From positions 2,440,994 to 2,476,463 of the forward strand of contig NC_057754.1 of assembly GCF_004010195.1 (NCBI RefSeq): 35,470 bases of DNA, given 5' to 3'. Source of the DNA: Chiloscyllium plagiosum (Eukaryota). The notes beneath the pieces are model-generated. The model did not search any database and was not told the origin of the DNA. It saw nothing but the letters and a program-made list of their open reading frames with translations. Shown piece after piece: positions 1-10,591 of this stretch; position 1 is the first letter of the stretch; every line of letters starts with the position of its first letter. The position numbers and the translations under genes are program-made.

Positions 1-12
1 GCGCTGCGCCGC

Positions 13-955
13 GGGACTGAGCCTGTGCTCCCCCCGCCGTGGGACTGAGCCTGTGCTCCCCCCGCCGTGGGACTGAACCTGTGCTCCCCCCGCCGTGGGA
101 CTGAGCCTGTGCTCCCCCCGCCGCGGGACTGAGCCTGTGCTCCCCCCGCCGTGGGACTGAGCCTGTGCTCCCCCCGCCGCGGGACTGAGCCTGTGCTCCC
201 CCCGCCGTGGGACTGAGCCTGTGCTCCCCCCGCCGCGGGACTGAGCCTGTGCTCCCCCCGCCGTGGGACTGAGCCTGTGCTCCCCCCGCCGCGGGACTGA
301 GCCTGTGCTCCCCCCGCCGTGGGACTGAGCCTGTGCTCCCCCCGCCGTGGGACTGAGCCTGTGCTCCCCCCGCCGTGGGACTGAGCCTGTGCTCCCCCCG
401 CCGTGGGACTGAGCCTGTGCTCCCCCCGCCGTGGGACTGAGCCTGTGCTCCCCCCGCCGTGGGACTGAGCCTGTGCTCCCCCCGCCGTGGGACTGAGCCT
501 GTGCTCCCCCCGCCGTGGGACTGAGCCTGTGCTCCCCCCGCCGTGGGACTGAGCCTGTGCTCCCCCCGCCGTGGGACTGAGCCTGTGCTCCCCCCGCCGT
601 GGGACTGAGCCTGTGCTCCCCCCGCCGTGGGACTGAGCCTGTGCTCCCCCCGCCGTGGGATTGAGCCTGTGCTCGCTCCGCCGCGGGACTGAGCCTGTGC
701 TCCCCCCGCCGTGGGACTGAGCCTGTGCTCGCTCCGCCGCGGGACTGAACCTGTGCTCGCTCCGCCGCGGGACTGAGCCTGTGCTCGCTCCGCCGCGGGA
801 CTGAGCCTGTGCTCGCTCCATCGCGGAATTGAGCCTGTGCTCGCTCCATTGCGTGATTGAGCCTGTGCTCGCTCCGCCGTGGGACTGACCTTGTGCTCGC
901 TCCACCATGGGACTTAGCCGTGGGACTGAGCCCATGCTCACTCCTCCGTGGGACT
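13..955. repeat. 28-bp GC/CpG-rich minisatellite, about 33 copies
   Basis: Unit GGGACTGAGCCTGTGCTCCCCCCGCCGT starts at 13, 41, 69, 97 and so on. GCCGT/GCCGC variants occur; a GCTCGCTCC variant appears from ~670 and the array decays towards ~955. Confidence 0.97.
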
Positions 956-1079
956 CATAAACGGATGATCCAGAGCTCCAGGCGACTGTTCAGGTTTTTA
1001 AACTGTAATGGAATTAACGGTCCGCTGAGCAGACAGTTGAGTGTAGCTGAGTCCACAAGAGGATCCGCCATGGTTGTGC

Positions 1080-1426
1080 TGAATGTGTGTGGGAACTTAC
1101 TGTGTGTGAATTGGTTGCTGGTTCCTATTTGCAACAATAACTGATGCAGCAAGCATACTGATGCTGTGAAACTTTGAAAGGGTTCAGAAAAGATTTACAA
1201 GGATGTTATCAGCGTTAGAGGATCTGGATGGGTAAATGAATGGGAAGGCTTTGGAAGGATATGGGCCGGGTGCTGGCAAATGGGATTAGATTGAGTTAGG
1301 ATATCTGGTCAGCATAGATAAAGTTGGACCGACGGGTCTGTTTCTGTGCTATGCATCTCGAGGACTCTATAATTACTGGAAAGTCTACTTGGATGCCCTG
1401 AGGCCATTAAAATGCAGGTTCTTTCA
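1080..1426 (+). mobile_element. Decayed 3' part of a Deu-domain SINE (SacSINE1/AmnSINE1-like), split by a CR1 fragment
   Basis: TGTGTGGGAACTTACTGTGTGTGAATTGGTTGCTG...AAGCATACT (to 1159) and TTGGATGCCCTGAGG...AAATGCAGGTTCTTTC (1371-1426) match consecutive parts of the recalled DeuSINE tail and the copy at 10630-10782. Confidence 0.6.
1160..1370 (+). mobile_element. CR1-clade LINE 3' fragment with internal deletion
   Basis: GTGAAACTTTGAAAGGGTTCAGAAAAGATTTACAAGGATG and tail GTTGGACCGACGGGTCTGTTTCTGTGCT...GACTCTAT align to 18621-19115. Confidence 0.9.
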
Positions 1427-2164
1427 AATCATGCTTTTTTTTTGAAAGGGGTAAGTGGGCGTGGAGGGGGAATACCAACAGGAAAAGCTTCATATATATA
1501 AAACCTTCAAGCTAAACAGTTCCTGCTGAAAGCTCTTTAGCAGATAAATGGTGGGTGTTACAACAGAAAACCATTCTTGTCTGTCCTCATCAGTTCTCAC
1601 AATCAAAGAAACTGCTGAATAATTTACCATCAAATTATTCCTGTCGGCTCTTTATCAACTAAGCTATATGTCTTCGTTAAATATTGCTTACCCAGGAGGT
1701 ACAGAATGGAAGATTTTGAAATGGCTAATCCCACTGTTAACTTAGCATTAATGAATAAAAATAACCCACATTTCACAGGGACTGGTTGCATTAATAATGG
1801 GACTTTTCTAGGTTACCAAACAACTGAATATAAATTGTATCGTCATGAACAATACCCTTCCCTTCACTCCATTTTCTTTCTTACTTTTCCTTAAGGTACT
1901 GGCTTAGTTTACGGGGACAGTTCTGTCAGCTGACCTTGGTCCTGTCCTCTTATGGAGTCACATTCAGTGACTCTGGATGGCAACCAAGAGCAGTAGTGCC
2001 TCAGTGATTGACCTTTGATCTGTTGCTGAAATGAGCATCAGATGAAGATAAACCAAGTCTGGCTGTGAGAACCACTGGGCGAATAGCTTATATTATCCTA
2101 GGTTTTTTTTCTCTATACCTACCACCTGTCCTGATGGGGAAGTCAACATTAGCAGCAAGTGTCC

Positions 2165-5133
2165 AGCACATGGACCTCGAGCAAGGCCAGCACATGTACT
2201 TCCAGTGGGACCAGCGCACAGACCTCCAGTGGGCCCAGTGCACGGACCTCCAGTGGGCCCAGTGCACGGACCTCCAGTGGGCCCAGTGCACGGATCTCCA
2301 GTGGGCCCACCACACGGACCTCCAGTGGGCCCACCACACGGATCTCCAGTGGGCCCATTCCATAGACATTGAGCGAGCCCAGCGCACGGATCTCCAGTGG
2401 GCCCAGTGCACGGACGTCGAGCGAGCCCAGTGCACGGACCTCCAGTGGGCACAGTACACGGATTTCCAGTGGGCCCAGCGCACGGACCTCCAGTGGGCTC
2501 TGCACGGATCTCCATTGGGCTCAGTGCGTGGACCTCCATTGAGACCAGCACACGGACCACCAGTAGGCACAGCGCACGGACCTCCAGTGGGCACAGCGCA
2601 CAGACCTCCAGTAGGCACTGCACACAGACATCCAGTGGGCCCAGCGCACGGATCTCCAGTGGGCCCAGCGCACGGACCTCCAGTGGGCACAGCACACGGA
2701 CCTTCATTGGGCCCATCGCACAGACATCCATTGGGCCCAACGCACGGACCTGCATTGGGCCCAACGCACGGACCTGCATTGGGCCCAGTGCATGGGCCTC
2801 CAGTGCGCCCAGTGCACAGACCTCTATTGGGCCCAGTGCACGGACCTGCATTGGGCCCAATGCATGGACCTCCATTGGGCCCAGCGCACAGACCTGCATT
2901 GGGCCCAGTGCATGGGCCTCGAGTGGGCCCAGCGCACGGACCTCCATTGGGCCCAGCGCAAGGACCTCCAGTGGGCGCAGTGCACGGAACTCCATTGGGA
3001 CCAACACATGGACCTCCAGTGGGCCCAGAGCACAAATCTGCAGTGGGCCCAGCGCAGGGATCTCCAGTGGGCCCAGTGCACGAATCTCCAGTGGGTCCAG
3101 TGCACGGACCTCCAGTGGACCCAGCGCACAGACCTCCAGTGAGCCCAGCGCACGGACCTCCAATAGGCCCAGCGCACAGACCTCCAGTGGGCCCAGCACA
3201 CAGACCTCCAGTGGGCCCAGCGCACGGCCCTCCATTGGGCCCAGCTCACGGATATCCGGTGGGCCCAGCACATGGACACTGAGTGAGCCCAGCGCACAGA
3301 CCTCCAGTGGGCCCAGTGCATGGATATTGAGTGAGCCCAGCGCATTGACCTCCAGTGGGCCCAGCGCACAGACCTCAGTGGACCCAAGTGCAGGGACCTC
3401 CAGTGGGCCCAGCGCAAGGACCTCCAGTTGGCCCAGTGCATGGACCTCCAGTGGGCCCAGTGCATGTACCTCCATTGGGCCCATAGCATGGACCTCCATT
3501 GGGCCCAGCACACGGACCACCAGTGAGCCCAGTGCATGGACCTCCAGTGGGCTAAGTGCACGGACCTCCAGTGGGCCAGTGCATGGACCTCCATTGGGCC
3601 CAGTGCACGGACCTCCATTGGGCCCAGCGCACATACCTCCAGTGGGCCAGCGAACGGACCTCCAGTAGGCCCAGTGCATGGACCTCCAGTGTGCCCTGCA
3701 CACGGAGTTCTATTGGGCCCAGTGCATGGACCTCCAGTGGACCCAGCACATGGACCTCGATTGGGCCCAGCGCACGGACCTCCAGTGGGCCTAGCGCACG
3801 TACTTCCATTGTGCCCAGTGCAGGGACCTCCAATGGGCTCAGTGCACAGACCTCCAGTGGGCCCAGCACATGGACCTCCAGTGGGCCCAGTGCACAGATC
3901 TCCATTGGGCCCAGTGAACGGACCACCAGAGGACCCAAGTGCATGGACCTCCAGTGGGTTAGCGCAAGGACCTCCAGTGGGCCTAGCCCCAGACCACCAG
4001 TGGGCACAGCGTACAGACCTCCAGTGGGCCCAGCGCACAGACCTCCAGTGACCCCAGCGCATGGACCTCCAGTGGGCACAGCGCACGGACCTTCATGGGG
4101 CCCAGCTCACAGACCTGCATTGGGCCCAGTGCATTGGCCACCAGTGGGCCCAGTGCACGGACCTCCAGTGGGCCCAGCGCACAGACATCCAGTGAGCCCA
4201 GTGCACGGACATCAAGCGAGCCTAGTGCATGGACCTCCAGTGGACCCAAGTGCATGGACCTCCAGTGGGCCCAGCACACGGACCATCAGTGGGCACAGTG
4301 CACTGACCTTCAGTGGGCACAGCACACGGACCTCAAGTGGGCACAGCACACAGACCTCCAGTGGACCCAGTGCACGAACCTCCAGTGGGCCCAGCGCACA
4401 GACCTCCAGTGGGCCCAGCGTACGGATCTCCTGTGGACCCAGTGCACGGACCTCCAGTGGACCCAAGTGCATGGACCTCCCGTGGGCCCAGCGCAAGGAC
4501 CTCGAGTGGGCCCAGTGCACGGACCTCCATTGGGACCAACGCATGGACCTCCATTGGGCCCAGCACATGGACCACCAGTGGGCCCAGCGCACAGACCTCC
4601 ATTGGGCCCAGCGCACGGACCTCCAGTGGGCCCAGTGCACAGACCTCCAGTGGACCCAAGTGCATGGACCTCCAGTGGGCCCAGCGCAAGGACCTCCAGT
4701 GGGCCCAGTGCACAGACCTCCAGTGGACCCAAGTGCATGGACCTCCAGTGGGCCCAGCACACGGGCCACCAGTGGGTACAGCGCACGGACCTCCAGTGGG
4801 CACAGTGCACAGACCTCCAGTGGGTCCAGCACATGGACCTCCAGTGGGCCCAGCGCACAGACCTCCAGTGGGTCCAGCGCACAGACCTCCAGTGGGCAAA
4901 CCACACAAACCTCGAGCTGGCCAATTGCGGAGGAGTGCAAGCCCAGCACACAGACCTCAAGCAGGCCCAGGACTTGGACCTGGAGTGAGCCCACTGCATG
5001 GACCTCCAGTGGGCCCAGCACACAGATCTCAAATGGGTCCAGTGCATGGATCTCAAGTGGGCCTTGCGCACGGACATTGAGTGGGCCTCACGTGGAGGAG
5101 AGCGAGCCCAGTGCAGAGGACAGTGAGCCCAGT
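2165..5133. repeat. 24-bp minisatellite, about 120 copies
   Basis: Unit GGGCCCAGCGCACGGACCTCCAGT with CpG-site variants and recurrent 23/25-bp units. It is stop-free in all six frames, which explains the overlapping ORFs. Confidence 0.97.
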
Positions 5134-6160
5134 GTATAAACCTGGTGTGAGACCTCACTTACTATTCTGAGGTGAGCACAGGGCCTGGCATCAGAATTGG
5201 TAGCTGTTACATTGGCAGAGGTGACATTGGCAAGGTAGGCCAAGCAATGGACAATGGCACTTGAGGATCAGCGACTTTGTTGTTGGCTGAGTCCACCACT
5301 GGCAGTGGTGAGCCAGTGACAGAAGGACCTAACAGCAAGAGGCAACTCTGACATTGGTTGGTCCAACACAGACAACAGCAAAGCGGTGAAGGAGGGATGA
5401 TAGTGCAGCCATCATTAAGGATGAGCTGGCTCAGGAACACACATCCACTATCTCAATGCTATATCTTTCTTTACTCCCCCTTCTTCTTAAATTATTCAAA
5501 ATGGTACCGAATCATGGAACCAAACAAATCTTTTCACTGTGTTTTATTGCATTCCTACTGTAAAATACACCTGACAGTTATGACTCTATGACTCTGTATC
5601 TCGGGATCCCATATGGTGTGTGCTGTCTGAGAGCTAAATTTTACCACAAATCAACAAAGTGCCAATTTTGTTGCATTTCATGGCGTGTTTCTCTCCTTGA
5701 TCCCTAACGAATTTTCTCCCGCTATGTTTCCAAAATTGACCTCATTAGCTGTGCATCCAGCAGTACTTTGCTTTGGTCAGGGATTATGTCTGTGTTGCGT
5801 CTCACTGTCTCCAGTCAATTACAAAGCTTAAAGAATATCATTCACGTTTTAAAGGCTGGTTAATGGACAATCAATTCTTATCAGCTGGGAATGATATTTA
5901 AGTGAATCTGATTCCAACCGAAATTGATTGGTGCTCAATCGCATCATCTCTCAAATGTAGTAATTATGTAATGAATGAAAGAAGTCAGCAGGCTGATTAC
6001 TCAGTACAGCCAGACTCAGCTTTTATAAAGTCTGTCAGTCACAGTATCTTTTAAAGAGGGTGTTTCCCCACTGGAATACCTTTTAAAATGAGTGAATTTG
6101 GCAGCACTTGTGAACTGATCGCGTAAGGCCCAGTCTCATGGTAAAATTATGGCCAAGTGG

Positions 6161-7018
6161 AAGCATACAAATAAGGAGCAGGAGTAGGCTAAGCCTATTC
6201 CACCATTCAGTGTGTGCATGGCTGATCTAATTCCTCCACACTCCCATCTCTTCCCTTCCACCCCGATAATCTTTCACCTCCTTGCCTTTCTCAATGTCTC
6301 TGCCTTCAACAGAGTGAAATGACTCTGCTTCCACCACCTCTCAAGAGGAAAGTTCCACAGGATCTCAATTCTGTGAGAAAAAAACTCCTCCTGTCTTAAA
6401 TAGTGACCCTTAATTTCAGACTTGACCTAAAGGATATCAATTTCCCGGGAATGGAGGGCTTCAGTGAGAAAGAGAGGCTGGATAGGCTGGGACTTCTTTC
6501 ACTGGAGCATAGGAAGTTGGGAGGTGAGCGTATGCAGGTTTATGAATTAATGAGGGATAGAGATAAGTTGAATGGCTTTTCACTTGGCTGGGGTTTTCAT
6601 GACTCGGGGTGAGAGGAGAAAGATTTGAAACAGACATGAGGGGCGATTGTTTTACACAGAAGGTAGTTCGTATGTGGTATGAACTTCCTGAGAAAGTGGT
6701 GGATGCAGGTACAGTTACAATGTTTAAAAGACATTTGGATCAGTACATGAATAGGAAAGGTTAGGAGGGGTGTGGGCCAGGAGCAGGCAGGTGGGACTAG
6801 GTTAGTTTGGGATGAAAGTCAGCATGGACTGGTTGGGTCAAAGGGTCTCTTTCCATGCTGGATGTCTATTCTCTCCACATCCATCCTCAGGGTCAATTAA
6901 GTTGTCTGTTAATCTTCTGAACTCTGTAGAAACATGCCCGGTCTGTCCAGCCTTCCCTCATAAGACAACCCACTCATTCCTGATATCAGTCTAGTAAACC
7001 TTCTGAGAACTGCTTCAG
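6161..7018 (-). mobile_element. Old CR1-clade 3' fragment (6161-6420 and 6870-7018) interrupted by another CR1 copy
   Basis: GGAGCAGGAGTAGGC...CCACCATTCA tail and TCCCTCATAAGACAACCC...CTAGTAAACCTTCT resemble the reverse complement of 24230-24696. Confidence 0.7.
6430..6869 (+). mobile_element. CR1-clade LINE 3' fragment
   Basis: Peptide ERLDRLGLLSLEHRKLGGERMQVYELMR is a CR1 ORF2 C-terminal motif. The 3' UTR matches 18960-19100. Confidence 0.92.
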
Positions 7019-7099
7019 TAAGGTGAACAATAAAGTGCACACCGATGCATTCTCATTTCCACCTATCCACTACATCTTCTACTCTGACATATCATGTTC

Positions 7100-7285
7100 A
7101 CAACCCACCTCCATCCACTTATTGCATTCCCAGCTACATTCCCCCCAGCCACACCCCCGCCTCCCCCCTCCCATTTATCTCTCAGCCCCCTTGGGCCACC
7201 CTCTCACTCTTGAGGAAGAGATTATGTTCTATACGTCGATTCTCCTGCTCCTTGGATGCTTTTCCAGCACCACACTCTTTGACTA
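7100..7285 (+). mobile_element. Decayed Penelope-like terminal repeat with a mutated hammerhead motif
   Basis: CTTGAGGAAGAGATTATGTTCTATACGTCGATTCTCCTGCTCCTTGGATGC aligns to GAAGAAGGGCTTATGCCCGAAACGTCGATTCTCCTGTTCCCTGGATGC at 9490-9537; a C-rich tract precedes it. Confidence 0.7.
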
Positions 7286-7593
7286 TAATGAGAGATGTGC
7301 CTACTGAGAAATGAGTCACAAAGGTGAATAATAGTTCGAAGAAACCAGCTAGAGGCTGCCAAGAGTTGGTCATGGATAAGTCTTTACTAGCCACATTACT
7401 AGCCACAAACTACCAGCAGAGACAAGGACAGCAGTCTCTCTGATGTGTTGGATGGAACTCCAAGCCACCGGCTACTTGGCAACCTCAGCAGAGGACTGTG
7501 AAATCTTTGGATTTTGCTGCGGTTGTGCTGAGAGGTCGGAGGGGAGGCTGCTGCTTGAATTAGGATATGAGAGCCTGGATGTGTGACTCGAGT

Positions 7594-7713
7594 TAGAGTC
7601 ATAGAGCTGTACAGCACGGAAACAGACCCTATGCCCTCTAGTTTTGCATTCCACTACCCTGGGGAAAAGACCTTGACTGTTCACCCTATCTACACCCCTC
7701 ATGATTCTTAAAT
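7594..7713 (-). mobile_element. Short CR1 3' fragment, internally deleted
   Basis: MRGVDRVNSQGLFPRVVECKTRGHR is joined directly to the CTATGACTCTA tail. Confidence 0.85.
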
Positions 7714-7729
7714 GTTTGTTGTGCGTGTC

Positions 7730-8432
7730 TGGTAAAGGGGCTAAAAAAATACCAGGGCAGGTTGCACAGAGTTACTTCCATTCCCTTGAGTGCTTAAGAT
7801 TTTGGGGTGATCTAACTGTGGTGTTTCGACTGGTTAAAGGACTTGATTCCTTACTGTATGGAAACAGGGCATTTGGCCCAACGAGTCCACACCAACCCTC
7901 CGAAGAGTAACCCACCCAGACCCATTCGCCTACCCTATACTTTACCTCTGACTGATACACCTAACACTATGGGCAATTTAGCATAGCCAATTCACCTGAC
8001 CCGCACATCTTTGGACAGTGGGAGGAAACCAGAGCACCCAGAGGAAATCCACGCAGACACAGGGAGAATGTGCAAACACCACCCGAGGCGGGAACCAAAC
8101 CCAGGTCCCTGGAGCTATGAGGCAGCAATGCTAACCACTGAGTCACCGTGCCACCCCATAGGGTCAATAGAGAGAAACTATTCCCTCTGCTGGGGACCAG
8201 TCCAGAACAACGGGGCAGAGCCCCTCAGGTTAGCTGTTCAAAGGATGATTCAAATAGTATTCTCCAAAAGGCTGTAAAGGCCAGGGCACAGTTGAAAATA
8301 TCAAAACTGAAAAGGATAGATTTTTTTCATCAAGGGAAGGCGTTTAAGGGTTACAGAATCAACGTGATTAGAAGATCAGCCAGGATCTGCTCAGAGGGCT
8401 GAATGGCCTCCTGTTCCTATGGCCTGTTCCAT
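7730..8432 (+). mobile_element. Old CR1 3' fragment interrupted by an HE1 SINE
   Basis: AAAGGACTTGAT (to 7847) resumes as ATAGGGTCAATAGAGAGAAACTATTCCCTCT (from 8158). Tail GGGCTGAATGGCCTCCTGTTCCTAT. Confidence 0.75.
7848..8157 (-). mobile_element. HE1-type V-SINE (tRNA-derived)
   Basis: Minus-strand head GGGGTGGCACGGTGACTCAGTGGTTAGCATTGC (A box) and V-domain TTTGCACATTCTCCCTGTGTCTGCGTGG; aligns to 26490-26813. Confidence 0.92.
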
Positions 8433-9366
8433 AGCTTTATCAATACTCACTGCCTGGCTGAGGATTGACCACTGGGCTGAAAGCAGTGGAAGCTGGGAAC
8501 TGCAGAAATGTGGCCTCCAAGAAAACCAGCACCTTTGAGGGAAAGGAGGCAAAAAAATTGGAGAATTTTTTTTAGAAAGCAATCATCATTAGGAGCTTGA
8601 GAGTCAGAAATAATTTATTTTGAATAAGTCAACTCCTTGTGATTATGTACTGCTGCCACGGTCATTGGGAGGGGGAAGGGGTGTTAGGGATGGAGTAGTG
8701 GGAGTGATCTGGAAAGAGTTAGTGAAGCCAGTAATGAGAAAGAGCTGAATGCCCAGTTGCAATAAGAAGATCAGTAAAACATTCCAGATTAATGACTGTA
8801 TCTGCACAAATGTTTGAGTCCGCTCCCTCGCATTGTCAATGCTGTCGGTTCTGGAGATGACTTTTTTTGCAGGGGAGTTCTGATTCAGCATTTTGCATTT
8901 GATGGGAGCATTTGCTGATCCTGTATTTTGCTTCAGAGGTTGATGTCAAATTGTATTCTGTTGGTAGCTAGTGGGTGTCAGGTTCATCCGTCTTCCACTG
9001 CAGGACACAGTCTCCAGAACCAGGCCTTGCACCTCCAGAGTTCCAGCTCTCTTGAAGTTTTCAATGAGGTATCAGCCGTGGTAACCCTGCCTCACCTCAG
9101 AGTTGAGGGTTCATGACATTGAGCTGACATTAATCCAGGCTAAGGGACAGCCACACTTCCAGGCAGCACAGTAGCTCAGTGGTTAGCACTGCTGTCTCTC
9201 AGTGCCAGGGATGCAGGTTTGATTTCACCCTCTGTGTGGAGGTTGCACGTTCTCCCTGTGTCTGCACAGGTTTCCTTCTACAGTCCACAGATGTGCAGGC
9301 CATACTAAATTGCCCATAGCGTCCAAGGATATGCAGCCTAGGTGGGTTAACCACAGGAGATACAGG

Positions 9367-9577
9367 AGAAAGTGAGGTCTGCAGATGCTGGAGATTAGAG
9401 CTGGAAATGTGTTGCTGGAAAAGCGCAGCAGGTCAGGCAGCATCCAGGGAACAGGAGAATCAACGTTTCGGGCATAAGCCCTTCTTCAGGAAGAAGGGCT
9501 TATGCCCGAAACGTCGATTCTCCTGTTCCCTGGATGCTGCCTGACCTGCTGCGCTTTTCCAGCAACACATTTCCAGC
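9367..9577. mobile_element. Palindromic Penelope-derived short element with 14-bp flanking duplication
   Basis: Arms 9400-9487 and 9490-9577 are 87/88 complementary. ACAGGAGATACAGG occurs at 9353-9366 and 9578-9591. Confidence 0.9.
9458..9492 (-). ncRNA. Minimal hammerhead ribozyme motif (PLE type)
   Basis: Minus strand CUGAAGA-A-GGGC-UUAU-GCCC-GAAA-CG-UU; predicted cut after GUU (9462/9461). Stem I is weak. Confidence 0.6.
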
Positions 9578-9591
9578 ACAGGAGATACAGG

Positions 9592-10213
9592 GTTATGGAC
9601 TAAGCCAGACCACTCAAAACATTCTTAAGCAGGCAGCTCAGACCATAACTTTGCAATTTGTTTTGGTAAGTGTACAGTGAAAGTTACCCAGAGTAAGTTA
9701 GCTAGATTGACTACTAGATTTTAAAACTGACAGAAATGTATTCACAAAGTATCGCAGTGAAACACAAGAACAGAATAAGGTACTCCTACAGAAGTCAAAC
9801 CTATCCAGCTAGACTTAATTATGCTGTTCTGAAGTTACACAACAGTCCCAATAAGCTAACTCCCTTTAAAATCCAGCATAAATGGAACACATGCTCACAG
9901 GTTGAAGCTGAAGGGCAGAAAGAGAGAGAGTTTCCACACAGCTCCCTGTTGAACTTCCAAACAGTTCAAGACTGAAGTAAAACTGCCCAGCTCAGCGAGA
10001 GAGCTGACCACTCCCCTTTCATTATACATGATCACTAAAACATGACCACTTTGGTCTGGAGTCTGTGGCCTCTCACAATCCTTTCCATCTCTGTACCAAA
10101 CCAGACTGATCGGAGCCTGGCCCGGTTTATTGCCCCTCTGAAAAAAATCAAAGACAGAGTCTCCTTGAAGCAAGGAACAGTTTTTAGGAAAAAAAGGGGC
10201 TAGTTTTGTAACA
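9592..10213. mobile_element. Probable solo LTR (about 620 bp)
   Basis: Non-coding block that interrupts the HE1 SINE. It starts (G)GTTATGG and ends TTTTGTAACA, resembling TGTTA...TAACA LTR termini. No clear TSD. Confidence 0.55.
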
Positions 10214-10422
10214 ATGGGGGAATTGTGGGTTTGGCTCTTCAGAGGGTCACTGTGGGCTCGATGGGCTGAATGGCCTGCTTCCACAGTATAGGGATCCTAC
10301 AGCTGTCATCTTTCAAATAAGAAACCTAATATCCTCAGGGAAAGCTGAGAAATAAACTCCCAAGGCTAATTGTGAAAGAAGAGCAGAGCTTTCTCCCCAG
10401 TGAACTGGCCATTATGTAACCC

Positions 10423-10591
10423 AGCTGCTGAAAACTCTCTCCAGGCCAGGCAGCATCTGTGAAGAAAGGAACAGATTTAATGTACAGGCCCAGATTCAGA
10501 GGCTCTGTGAAAAGCCACAGAGCTGAAATGGTGAACTCTGTTTCTCTCTCCAAACCTGCTAAGCATCTCCAGCAGGATGTGCTTTTCATTA
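10423..10591. mobile_element. Decayed palindromic Penelope-derived element
   Basis: TGCTGAAAACTCTC...GGCAGCATCTGTG...AACAGA faces AACTCTGTTTCTCTCTCCA...CTCCAGCA. Flanked by TGGCCATTATGTAACCC and TGGCCAATGATTAACCC (13/17 identical). Confidence 0.7.

Larger units (their letters stand above)
9161..10280 (+). mobile_element. HE1-type V-SINE, interrupted (9161-9366 and 10214-10280)
   Basis: Head AGGCAGCACAGTAGCTCAGTGGTTAGCACTGC and V-domain; tail GGGCTGAATGGCCTGCTTCCACAGTATAGGGAT resumes after 10213. Confidence 0.88.

Noticed and set aside
13..955. CRISPR-like array (28-bp repeat)
   Set aside because: Units are head-to-tail with no spacers, there are no cas genes, and the context is vertebrate. 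The same applies to the 24- and 33-bp arrays.
1706..2030. ORF 1706-1894, acceptor-like site at 1895 and minus-strand donor near 1691
   Set aside because: The frames are short, stops follow soon after the splice-like sites, and no peptide is recognisable.
2065..5158. Long ORFs (up to 536 aa) as protein-coding genes
   Set aside because: They overlap in all six frames and switch peptide register at indels, as expected from a stop-free repeat. All three + frames hit stops before the GAG|GTGAGC donor-like site at 5171.
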